Virus record (IMG/VR): IMGVR_UViG_3300020440_000033
Location: 1 to 40,220 of that record
Strand: one strand, 5' to 3'
Source: a virus
Taxonomy: Duplodnaviria; Caudoviricetes
Length of the DNA stretch: 40,220 nucleotides
The notes under the pieces are model-generated. The model saw only the letters and a list, made by a program, of their open reading frames with translations. It did no database searches and was not told where the DNA came from. This document shows positions 1-7,621 of the stretch, piece after piece. Both the position numbers and the translations under genes were made by a program. Each line of letters begins with the position of its first letter. The stretch's first letter is position 1.

Positions 1-5
1 GGTGA

Positions 6-281
6 TCACTGCCTCGCCTCCTTCCGCTCGCGGATCATGCGGGCTGTTTCTGAGAAGCACTCCCTACGGGTTTCGTAAGGAATGGCTCGTACCAGCTGTT
101 TGAGTTTGAATTGCAGGAACTGGTCGTCTTCGGAAGTGAGGTTGCCTAGGTCATAGGCAACATTGAGGGCATTAGATAGAGCGCTAACGATCCATGGCAA
201 AAAGGTGGGTGAGTCCAACAGGTCTCGGAGCTGGACTTGTTCGGCTGCTGCCAAGACGTTATCGGGGGTTTTCAGAGCCAT
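6..281 (-). CDS. hypothetical protein (91 aa, MALKTPDNVL...)
   Basis: The ORF track starts this at 326, but a TGTGCTACCGT extended -10 lies at 317-327 (-), so the ATG at 281 is the likelier start. Confidence 0.6.
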   Translation of the reverse strand: MALKTPDNVLAAAEQVQLRDLLDSPTFLPWIVSALSNALNVAYDLGNLTSEDDQFLQFKLKQLVRAIPYETRRECFSETARMIRERKEARQ

Positions 282-341
282 CAGAGTAGTAGTTAGAGGG
301 GCCTTGCGGCCCCCGTACGGTAGCACATAATCAACTGCTTG

Positions 342-2738
342 TCAGACATCCCACTGCCCCCAAGCTTTGTCCCTGAGAGCGTCAGATTCCGCCTTGGTGC
401 GCCCATCGCCCCTCGCGCGGGGATATTGCCCCGAATGTCCACCCAAGGCAGAATCCGCATCAGGACAGGGATCTGAGGGTGGACAGACCCCCAAATCAGC
501 ACCAGTGTGTCCACCCTTGGCATCTCCACCGGACTCAAGGGTGGACACTTCTGTATTTTTAGCGCCTGTGTCCACCCTCGGATCCGTTCCAGTGCAAGGC
601 TTCTCTTTGGGTGGACACTCCTCCTCAACCTCTCCACGCGCAAGGACAGCCTGGTACGTTTTTTTCCCATGCCTTCCTTCCTCTTTTTGCTCTTTAACCA
701 GCCCACGCTTTACAAGGCGTTGGAGCGACTTCTGAATCGCCGCCACCTTGCCACCCACCACAGGGTCAGAGTTGAGATCCGTACGGTAAAAAGCCCGTGG
801 ATAGCCCGTACGAAGGCGCTGGAGCACCCTGTCGGTGATGCCGCTGGGGGAAGTATCCGCTGGATCGATCTCTGGTGTGAAGTCCGCTATAGAGAAGGTG
901 AGGTCTTCTTTCTGCTGCATGATCAGCGAAGTGCCCGACCTGCCAGCCCTGGACTTTTCGATGGTGATGATGCGGCTGTGCGCTGGCGCGAGCCCTTTTT
1001 CAACGTCGTCTTTGCTGGGCTTTTTAAGCGCCCACGTCTCATCCACAGCATCACGAATGGCTGAGGTGCCCCTGAAGCCACCCTGCTTGTTGGCGTGGTG
1101 GATGATCAGGATCGTCGCGGCGGGGAACAGCACACCGTTATTCCTGGTGAGCCAGTAAAGCGGCGTAGCGAAGTCGGATTTGTTCTCATCAAACGCCCGA
1201 CCACCGCTGCAACCGATGAGGGAGTCAATCACCACCAGCTTGGGCTGGATCGTTTCCATCATCTTGATGAACTGTGCGTAGCGCTGGAGCTGCCAGTCGG
1301 TCAGCACCTTGGTGTTGGAGTCCATTGGGTAGTCAACCTCTTCCAGCTGCTCTTTGAGCTGGATCAAAGGCTGGTCACCATTCAGCAGCAGCACCGGCCC
1401 CCGCTGGACCGGCATGTGCTTACCGCGCACCACAAAGGGAGAGCCAGTCGCAATGTGTTTCGCAAGAGTCCAAGCCGACATGGACTTGCCATCGCCACCA
1501 GCGCCATAAATCAGCACCACGGAAGGATGCGGCAACACATCAGGAATCAAGTAATCCCGCTTTTCATTCATCTGCTGGAGCGCCTCCACATCCATAACGC
1601 CTTTGGCACCCTCGAACTGAATCTGGTCAACGATCAGCTTTTCCAGCGCCACTTGATCCCGATAACCCGCCTGGAGCGCGAGGTTATTGAGGTTGAAGTT
1701 CATCTCCGCCGGGTTGTCCAGTTCGAGGTACGACTTGGCTTTGGCGATGACTTCGTTAAAGGAAAGACTTGCACGGGCATAGAAGACCGGCTTCGCCTCG
1801 ACCTCTTCGACAACCGATGCACAACCGTCCCTTTGAAATCGCGCCCTCTCTGGGTCGTAGTGGTCAGCCAGCTTGATCAGGCTGCCAAACCCAAGTCCGC
1901 CCTGATCCTTGAAACCGGCTTCCCAACGAGCAAGGCATGGATCTTTGCCATCAGTCCAGTCATCGGCGTATTCCTCATCCTGGAGCGACCACTGCCGCCA
2001 GAGGTTGAGACCTTCTTCACCGGGCAGTTCGGAGTGGAGCATTGCACCGATGCGCCACCACAGATCTTCAGATCCGCGTCCCTGCGGCTGAATCACCGAA
2101 AGGCAGGACTCAGCGATAACCATCCGTTCTTCCTTGGAGCGTGTTCCCCAGCGGCCATCGCGGAGCCCTTTACCGCTGGTTTTATTTTTCTTCTGGGTGA
2201 AGGATTCCTTCATCCGCTCCACAAGCCACCCAGGAGCCTCTGGAATACCGTTCAAATCCCCTTCAAGTGTGTATACACCTCCAGACTTGTAAGCGCCCCC
2301 TACAAGCCCCTGACGGCCCCACAGAACTTCCCAACCTTCACCACTAGCAGCAAGGCTGATGTCGGACACCTCAGCCCAAGACTCCTGTGGCACGTAGAAA
2401 AGGAACTTCGCAGCCGCTTTTTTAGGTGACAGCACCCGTGGAGCGCCCTCCAAAGTGCTGCCCCACTTCTTCATCACAGCGCCGAGGTTGGCGTCCACGT
2501 CAAGGATCACCAAGCCCTTGCTGCGCGGACCAGTGAACACACCAATCGCCTGGTACGTCTCAGGTGCCCGCTCGATGTAGAGCGCCGCAGCTTCAGGCGA
2601 GAGGTTCTCGTGGTGCGCCCTACCTAGAGGGTTTTTGCCGCATGCGGTGCCGCCGTTGGGCATCTCAACGCCGTTGGCGTAGATCGGAGCACAAGCCAAG
2701 TTACTTGGCAACGACCGTACAAAGGATGGAAGATCCAT
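342..2738 (-). CDS. bifunctional AEP primase-polymerase / PriCT-2 / SF4 (AAA_25, RepA-like) helicase with C-terminal winged-helix-like segment
   Basis: LVILDVD (AEP DxD); WWRIGAMLHSE...WRQWS (PriCT-2-like); Walker A GAGGDGKS; Walker B LVVIDS; IIHHANK and RGTSA SF4 motifs; KSLQRLVKRGLV wHTH-like; AGGAG SD upstream. Confidence 0.88.
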   Translation of the reverse strand: MDLPSFVRSLPSNLACAPIYANGVEMPNGGTACGKNPLGRAHHENLSPEAAALYIERAPETYQAIGVFTGPRSKGLVILDVDANLGAVMKKWGSTLEGAPRVLSPKKAAAKFLFYVPQESWAEVSDISLAASGEGWEVLWGRQGLVGGAYKSGGVYTLEGDLNGIPEAPGWLVERMKESFTQKKNKTSGKGLRDGRWGTRSKEERMVIAESCLSVIQPQGRGSEDLWWRIGAMLHSELPGEEGLNLWRQWSLQDEEYADDWTDGKDPCLARWEAGFKDQGGLGFGSLIKLADHYDPERARFQRDGCASVVEEVEAKPVFYARASLSFNEVIAKAKSYLELDNPAEMNFNLNNLALQAGYRDQVALEKLIVDQIQFEGAKGVMDVEALQQMNEKRDYLIPDVLPHPSVVLIYGAGGDGKSMSAWTLAKHIATGSPFVVRGKHMPVQRGPVLLLNGDQPLIQLKEQLEEVDYPMDSNTKVLTDWQLQRYAQFIKMMETIQPKLVVIDSLIGCSGGRAFDENKSDFATPLYWLTRNNGVLFPAATILIIHHANKQGGFRGTSAIRDAVDETWALKKPSKDDVEKGLAPAHSRIITIEKSRAGRSGTSLIMQQKEDLTFSIADFTPEIDPADTSPSGITDRVLQRLRTGYPRAFYRTDLNSDPVVGGKVAAIQKSLQRLVKRGLVKEQKEEGRHGKKTYQAVLARGEVEEECPPKEKPCTGTDPRVDTGAKNTEVSTLESGGDAKGGHTGADLGVCPPSDPCPDADSALGGHSGQYPRARGDGRTKAESDALRDKAWGQWDV
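436..617. repeat. six TGTCCACCC/GGGTGGACA 9-mers in alternating orientation; putative replication origin
   Basis: Exact copies at 436-444(+), 477-485(-), 508-516(+), 539-547(-), 569-577(+), 609-617(-). Confidence 0.8.
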
Positions 2739-2768
2739 CTGCTAGACTCCTACAGGAATGTTAAGACA

Positions 2769-2804
2769 CGCTCCAGGGCTTCAGCCACCCTGGAGCGCTT
2801 TTTT
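2769..2804 (+). terminator. intrinsic terminator antisense to the primase leader
   Basis: CGCTCCAGGG-9 nt loop-CCCTGGAGCG followed by CTTTTTT. Confidence 0.7.
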
Positions 2805-2805
2805 C

Positions 2806-2845
2806 ATTCTACGGCACTTGCCAACCCCCGTCACTGTGCTACGTT
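2806..2845. promoter_or_regulatory. overlapping divergent promoters for primase (-) and SSB (+)
   Basis: Minus strand GTGACG(2834-2829)-N17-TAGAAT(2811-2806); plus strand TTGCCA(2818-2823)-N16-TACGTT(2840-2845) with TG extension. Confidence 0.6.
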
Positions 2846-2887
2846 GTGCAAGCACCGGGCAGATTTCGCCCACAGCAAAACCATTCA

Positions 2888-3466
2888 ATGGGATTTCTGA
2901 AGAACAAAGACGCAGTGTCTGGAGGCAGCGGTGGCGGAGGCTACCTGAACCCCAGCAAGATCCAATCAGGCGGCAGCGTGCGTTTTGCACTGCTGGACGA
3001 TGAACCACTGGAGTTTTACGAGTGCTGGGGCGAAGCCACTGACGGCAGCGTCCGCCCATTCAGGTTTGCGGATGATCCGAGCCCTACAGACATCGAGGAA
3101 GAGATGGGACCGAACTTCAGCCGCCGCATGAACCGCGAAGGCACTGGCCCTGAACCCGTCAAGTTTGCCATCGCAGTTCCCGTCTACAACTTTGAGACTG
3201 GTTCGGTGCAGGTGATGAGCCTGACCCAAAAAAGTCTGATCAAAGAGCTGGATCAGGTGTCTCAAACCGAGGACTACAGCGATCTACTGGCGTGGGACTT
3301 TGTGTTGAGCAAGACCGGCAGCGGACTCTCCACCGAGTACAAGCTGCTGCCAGCACCCCGCAAGGCCGCATCCCAAAAGGCAATCGATGGTGCGTGGAGC
3401 AAAGCCCAGTCCGAAGGCTTCAACGTAAACCGCCTGCTGGTGGGTGGAAACCCATTCAAGGAGTGA
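2888..3466 (+). CDS. putative single-stranded DNA-binding protein
   Basis: 192 aa from ATG 2888; OB-fold-like pattern (VRFALL..., WDFVLSKTGSGLSTEYKLLP), C-terminal NPF; lies between helicase and exonuclease and is followed by a terminator. Confidence 0.6.
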   Translation: MGFLKNKDAVSGGSGGGGYLNPSKIQSGGSVRFALLDDEPLEFYECWGEATDGSVRPFRFADDPSPTDIEEEMGPNFSRRMNREGTGPEPVKFAIAVPVYNFETGSVQVMSLTQKSLIKELDQVSQTEDYSDLLAWDFVLSKTGSGLSTEYKLLPAPRKAASQKAIDGAWSKAQSEGFNVNRLLVGGNPFKE

Positions 3467-3486
3467 CCTACTAAGGGCTAAAACAT

Positions 3487-3513
3487 CCCCCAGCCATTCA
3501 CTGGGGGTTTTTT
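3487..3513 (+). terminator. intrinsic terminator
   Basis: CCCCCAG-CCATTCA-CTGGGGG then TTTTTT. Confidence 0.8.
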
Positions 3514-3547
3514 ATTGGCTATAGTGAGTATGGGAAGGTGTATTTAC

Positions 3548-3706
3548 ATGCTCAAGCCACCCAATCCAAGACTTGAAACCGAACCAAACGGCATGGTTCG
3601 TATCATTGTAGGAGACCAGATAGGATGGGTAAGTAGTTACCATTTGGTTGACACTAAGGTCAGGCAATTAAGACACGCATGGCTAAAGGAGCACAGAACA
3701 GACTAG
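3548..3706 (+). CDS. small hypothetical protein (MLKPPNPRLETEPNG...)
   Basis: ATG at 3548 downstream of TATAGT (3520-3525); overlaps the nuclease start. Confidence 0.5.
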   Translation: MLKPPNPRLETEPNGMVRIIVGDQIGWVSSYHLVDTKVRQLRHAWLKEHRTD

Positions 3707-4485
3707 CTTTACTGCGTAAGTCTGCCCTGGTCCGTGATGACTCTGGCCCTTTCCGCGTGTATCGGGATGACGCTGGCTGCATTTTTCACAGCGTTACGCA
3801 CATTCTCAAAGAAACAGCACCCGAATGGCAACAACAAGCCCTGGAACGGTGGCTTACTCGACCGACTGCTCACGAAGACCGAGACATGGCGGCAACGCGG
3901 GGCACGCTGGCACATAATCACGCGGAATATCTCCTAAAGACTGGAGCGAAACTCGCCCGCCAAACCGCCAACAAACGCAACGCCTGGAAAACCTCTGCAG
4001 ACGGCCTGGAGCGTTGTCCGGGCTCTATCACTCGCTGGGGCATCGAAAGGGCCATTCAAGGGGCACCTAGAGTCCCCTGGAGCGCTTCCGGCTATGCACG
4101 CGGACTCCGTGGCTGGATCGCGGACAACTGTACGGCCATTCATGCGGTGGAATTTTCCATTCATCACCCAGCGGGTATGGCTGGAACGTGTGATGCCCTG
4201 CTGGACATCAACGGCAAAGGGCCATTCATTGTGGATTGGAAAACCAGCGTACGAGAACGCAGCGAAGATATGCTCACCAACTACATCGATCAGCTTGGTG
4301 CGTACAGTTTGGGACTCAAGAGTCTCACCGACATACAGCCAGTAGGCGGCCTGGTTGTGGTGGCACGTCGAACAGGAGCCCCGCAGATCCGAGAACTTAG
4401 TGAACTCGAACTGCGGGGTGCTGAGGCTAGGTTCCTGGAGCGGGTGGAGCGTTATTTCTCGGCCCTGCCGGGCCTCGAAAAGTAA
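3679..4485 (+). CDS. PD-(D/E)XK (RecB/Cas4-like) exonuclease
   Basis: SVTHIL, RGTLAH, E...AGTCDAL, IVDWKT and QLGAY motifs typical of phage PD-(D/E)XK exonucleases. Confidence 0.85.
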   Translation: MAKGAQNRLALLRKSALVRDDSGPFRVYRDDAGCIFHSVTHILKETAPEWQQQALERWLTRPTAHEDRDMAATRGTLAHNHAEYLLKTGAKLARQTANKRNAWKTSADGLERCPGSITRWGIERAIQGAPRVPWSASGYARGLRGWIADNCTAIHAVEFSIHHPAGMAGTCDALLDINGKGPFIVDWKTSVRERSEDMLTNYIDQLGAYSLGLKSLTDIQPVGGLVVVARRTGAPQIRELSELELRGAEARFLERVERYFSALPGLEK

Positions 4486-4490
4486 AACCC

Positions 4491-4847
4491 TCAGACGTAG
4501 CCACCCTGGGACGTGCCGTAACCCTGCCAGCGTTTAACTTGGTCCGCTGCTTTGACCAACTGGCACAAGCTCTTAACGTCGCCGGTTGCTGTGGCCACGT
4601 CGATTAAGTGTGCCAGCTGCCCCTGGATCGTTCCGGGGTCCAAAGCCTGGGACGTTTCCTCAATTGCGGGGCCATCGTCGCTGCTGTCTATTTCAACAGA
4701 TGCAGCTTGGGTGTCAGCGTATGCGGTGGAGCGTGAGACTTGAAACTTTGCGCTGAGCATGGTGGCCACGCTTGCAACGCGACAGCCACGTTCAAGCATG
4801 GCGCGTGCGTAGCTGAGGCGCTGCGCGATCTCCTGGGACGTTGCCAT
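4491..4847 (-). CDS. HTH protein, apparent paralogue of the putative small terminase at 7925
   Basis: KFQVSRSTAYAD HTH; aligns by eye without gaps to the 7925..8455 N-terminal region (see findings). Confidence 0.65.
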   Translation of the reverse strand: MATSQEIAQRLSYARAMLERGCRVASVATMLSAKFQVSRSTAYADTQAASVEIDSSDDGPAIEETSQALDPGTIQGQLAHLIDVATATGDVKSLCQLVKAADQVKRWQGYGTSQGGYV

Positions 4848-4848
4848 T

Positions 4849-5181
4849 TCAGAAGCCAAAGGTTTGGTTTACTTCTGCGGCAGTCCATGCCCAGCCATCA
4901 ACAGCCCAGCGGGTGGAGTAGACGGCACCGTAAGTGCTGATAAAAAGCTTGATGGTCACTTTGCGGCCACGGATAACCACAGATTCGTCTACCTGGAACG
5001 TTCCACGCTTGTTGTCGGCGTGGAAAAGCTCCCAAGCTTGCTTACGGGCAATCGTCCGCAAGTAGTGGAGTGCCGTGCCGGTGACAATGGAGGAAGCGTC
5101 AAAAGCTTCAGCACGGTCGAATACTTGCTGGATCGGAAGCCTTGCGAAGGTCGTGCTTCCTATGGTCGGCGTGGTTCCCAT
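4849..5181 (-). CDS. hypothetical protein
   Basis: 110-aa ORF, ATG start downstream of TGTGCTACGGT (5205-5215, -), abuts the next gene. Confidence 0.6.
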   Translation of the reverse strand: MGTTPTIGSTTFARLPIQQVFDRAEAFDASSIVTGTALHYLRTIARKQAWELFHADNKRGTFQVDESVVIRGRKVTIKLFISTYGAVYSTRWAVDGWAWTAAEVNQTFGF

Positions 5182-5218
5182 AGTGGCGGGAAGAAGGCCT
5201 CTTTACCGTAGCACAGTA

Positions 5219-5263
5219 AAAACCAGAAAACCAGAAAATCGGACAAATCGGACAAATCGGACA
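5219..5263. repeat. tandem direct repeats between divergent promoters
   Basis: AAAACCAG x2 (5219-5234), then AATCGGACA x3 (5237-5263), just upstream of TTGACA (5270-5275). Confidence 0.85.
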
Positions 5264-5330
5264 GGACTGTTGACAGATCCCTGGTGCGTGGTTCATATTG
5301 GAGGAGTCCCACACGCCACACCTAGGCACC

Positions 5331-5813
5331 GTGACAACAACACAACAACAGAACCACGCCGAAGCCAACGCCACCAGCTACGGCGAAACAATTGAAGCGC
5401 TCTTTGAGTTGCACTGCTGGTGCTTCAGCACCGGGGAAGCACCACATCCCTTGACTCGTGCGGGGGCCGATGTCCTCCGTGACCTTTACTGGGACGCTGA
5501 AACCGGCACGCAAGACAGCCTGAAGGATTCAGTCACTGAATACGTTCAGCAGATGCCTCTGAGCGTTCAAGTGCGTTCAGGCTGGCATTCACCCGGCGAA
5601 ACATTCGAGACCGCAGCATTCGAGATTCTGCTGAGCACTGGCGGTCCCGCTTGCCGCATTCTCGGTGAGCTGGACCGTGGGTCGGTTGCCTGCGCTGGCC
5701 GCTATCCAGTCATTCAACATCGGGACTGGTTCAAGCCGTGGACTGAATCCAATTACAACGTGGACACCGACGCTCTGCTCTGGTTCTGCGAGCAGTTCTA
5801 TTACGGGGAATAA
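5331..5813 (+). CDS. phage hypothetical protein
   Basis: PLSVQVRSGW...FEILLSTGGPACRILGEL...DWFKPW motif of a kind I recall from small phage proteins; start uncertain (track 5298, GTG 5331 fits the TTGACA...CATATT promoter better). Confidence 0.65.
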   Translation: MTTTQQQNHAEANATSYGETIEALFELHCWCFSTGEAPHPLTRAGADVLRDLYWDAETGTQDSLKDSVTEYVQQMPLSVQVRSGWHSPGETFETAAFEILLSTGGPACRILGELDRGSVACAGRYPVIQHRDWFKPWTESNYNVDTDALLWFCEQFYYGE

Positions 5814-5831
5814 AAAGCCCCCGTAGGGGCT
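5812..5831 (-). terminator. terminator between convergent units
   Basis: AGCCCC-CGTA-GGGGCT, with a T5 tail on the minus strand. Confidence 0.7.
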
Positions 5832-5890
5832 CAGGATTGGAGGGCGTCAGCTATGGCGTCCTCCTCAGTCAGGAATGGTCCGAATGTAGC

Positions 5891-6127
5891 TCATTTGCTC
5901 AGCTCCTGGATCATGTCATCGAGTGCTTCGTGATCAATTCGGTGATCGTCAAAGTAGACACCGTCGGGCGTCATTGGCGGCATTACACCATCAACGCAGA
6001 GCCAGATAAAGTCTCTGTAGTGCTGGCACATTATTGCTCCAGAATAGAAACTGAAGTCATTCTGGATCCACATCGCAACGTTCCAGGTCTCATAATTAGA
6101 CCAGCCGTTGTAAGTTTCAGAAACCAT
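5891..6127 (-). CDS. small acidic phage protein (YNGWxNYETW family)
   Basis: YNGWSNYETWNVAMWIQND N-terminal motif, widespread in phage accessory proteins. Confidence 0.75.
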   Translation of the reverse strand: MVSETYNGWSNYETWNVAMWIQNDFSFYSGAIMCQHYRDFIWLCVDGVMPPMTPDGVYFDDHRIDHEALDDMIQELSK

Positions 6128-6178
6128 GATTAGATGAGAAATAGTGAGCCAGAGAATGAACCCCTGGCTCGTTTACGT

Positions 6179-6787
6179 TCAGGCATAAGCGGTCGGATAC
6201 TCGTTCGCGCAGGAGATTAGGTAGTCTCTCAATCGGTCGAACGAGTCTCGCCACGGCGCATTGTCATCACGGGCCGCGAATATACACAACCCAAGATGCT
6301 GCATGGTGCGGACACGGTCAGCGATCGATTCACTGGCCCAATCTTTCTCGATGATCTCGCATTCAAGTTCTGAAAGCTCATCATCAGAGATTAAAGGGTA
6401 GTCTTCAAGCCCCTGGACCGTTTCCAACATGTCATCAGTGACATATCGGAGATCAATACAGATACCCGCACCATTCCAGCCGTACCCGATAGCGTGCACT
6501 GCCTCGTGTGGATCTGGCACGCTTGCCGCATCGATGAAGACACGGTAATTGGCCAGACCCACTAGACCGGTGTCCGCGTAATCACTGAAACCTAGATAGG
6601 TCGGAACGAAACCTAAAGAAAGGTTCCGCCAGCGATCTGCGAGGCAGGCTGCGAGATGTTCATCCGGCGACTGGTGCCACTGGTGCGAACAGTCGCGCTC
6701 TGGCTCGCCGTCTCGGATGAGCACCCAGTGACCTTGACAGCCGCTGAGTGCGTCGATCCGGCGCTCTAGTTCTGGTGACAGCGTCAT
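6179..6787 (-). CDS. hypothetical protein
   Basis: 202-aa ORF in a tight minus-strand operon; SDY...GLANYR and LEDYPLISDD motifs. Confidence 0.7.
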   Translation of the reverse strand: MTLSPELERRIDALSGCQGHWVLIRDGEPERDCSHQWHQSPDEHLAACLADRWRNLSLGFVPTYLGFSDYADTGLVGLANYRVFIDAASVPDPHEAVHAIGYGWNGAGICIDLRYVTDDMLETVQGLEDYPLISDDELSELECEIIEKDWASESIADRVRTMQHLGLCIFAARDDNAPWRDSFDRLRDYLISCANEYPTAYA

Positions 6788-6789
6788 TG

Positions 6790-6993
6790 TCAGTTAATCC
6801 GCGAGGTTAGCCAGGTATGAACTGAATCTGCGAGATCTTCGCAGTCAGCGTCAGAACGGAGTTCAGACTCTATGCGAACAGTGAAACAAAGAGCTTCGTA
6901 AAGCTCTTCATCGTCAAAGTCGCCAGCTTGGACTCGTTCCTGAACCTGAGGAAAGAAGAGGCGGATTAGATCCGCCTGTGTAATGTCGGACAT
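6790..6993 (-). CDS. small acidic hypothetical protein
   Basis: 67 aa, 2-nt gaps to both neighbours. Confidence 0.6.
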   Translation of the reverse strand: MSDITQADLIRLFFPQVQERVQAGDFDDEELYEALCFTVRIESELRSDADCEDLADSVHTWLTSRIN

Positions 6994-6995
6994 TA

Positions 6996-7175
6996 TCAGA
7001 GAAAAGAAGGGAGTTCAACTGGCACGGTTTCGACGCGGTACAGGTACCGATCAGGGTCAATCCGCCGTAGCAGACCAGCCAACCGCTGTGCGTCATCGTG
7101 TCGCCTGAGGCGACCAGATCCCGCAGGGATCCAGCCGCGCTCAGTGCCACGGTACGTGGTGACAAGATGCCTCAC
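6996..7175 (-). CDS. hypothetical protein, 59 aa (MRHLVTTYRGTERGWIPAG...), absent from the ORF track
   Basis: GTG start overlaps the upstream stop (GTGA); TGA at 6998-6996, 2 nt before the next ATG; fills the operon gap exactly. Confidence 0.6.
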   Translation of the reverse strand: MRHLVTTYRGTERGWIPAGSGRLRRHDDAQRLAGLLRRIDPDRYLYRVETVPVELPSFL

Positions 7176-7465
7176 TTTGCTTTTTCCTCGATCTTCTCCC
7201 TGATAGAGCCGATCGATCCTTCAGCGTCCCTGATTAACTCAGAGAGCCAATCCACGGCATGCTGACGCTTAGTCTCATCGTGAGACCATTTAAGGCACCG
7301 AACATAAAAGCGAAGCTCACATTCGATACGTTTGCGCGTCAGACCCGCGACAGTAACGCTGTCACCCGTTTCACTATCGGTGATAATTACATCACCGGTC
7401 GAGAGACTTAGGTGGCAATCTTGCGACTGCATTGTGAACTTAAGGTTCGTAGTTTGCCTGATCAT
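7172..7465 (-). CDS. hypothetical protein, first gene of the putative early operon
   Basis: 97-aa ORF downstream of the structured leader. Confidence 0.65.
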   Translation of the reverse strand: MIRQTTNLKFTMQSQDCHLSLSTGDVIITDSETGDSVTVAGLTRKRIECELRFYVRCLKWSHDETKRQHAVDWLSELIRDAEGSIGSIREKIEEKAK

Positions 7466-7502
7466 TGGGAAAACTTAAGCGGTGGAATTAGGGTTGGGAT
7501 TA

Positions 7503-7615
7503 AGTGAAGAACGCCAGGCACTGTCTGCCCGTTGCCGCTGAGGTTCTCCAGTACAGACCTTACGGTCATCGGTGGATCATCCCAGCTTGGCGGGAGCACC
7601 TGGCACTCCTTCACT
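7503..7615 (-). ncRNA. ~113-nt rod-shaped structured RNA in the early leader
   Basis: ~20-bp closing stem with G-U pairs that only work on the minus strand, nested helices and a GACC-GUAA-GGUC GNRA cap. Confidence 0.6.
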
Positions 7616-7621
7616 GTTCCC

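Noticed and set aside
436-617. Mini-CRISPR array
   Set aside because: Repeats are only 9 bp, alternate in orientation and lie inside a CDS.
1095-2429. 444-aa plus-strand ORF and similar long antisense ORFs (12261-12827, 13169-13966, 32760-33551)
   Set aside because: Shadow frames of well-supported genes with biased codon usage; no recognisable motifs.
3679-4485. Cas4 / CRISPR system
   Set aside because: No four-Cys Fe-S pattern, no other cas genes and no repeat-spacer array; an ordinary phage exonuclease fits better.
6914-7165. 83-aa track ORF
   Set aside because: It overlaps the next gene by 80 nt; the alternative frame 6996-7175 fits with a GTGA overlap and a 2-nt gap.
7523-7594. Hammerhead ribozyme or SRP 4.5S RNA as identity of the rod RNA
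   Set aside because: CCGAUGA resembles the CUGANGA core, but no GAAA follows the stem. The GNRA hairpin lacks the SRP helix-8 AGG/AGCAG internal loop.
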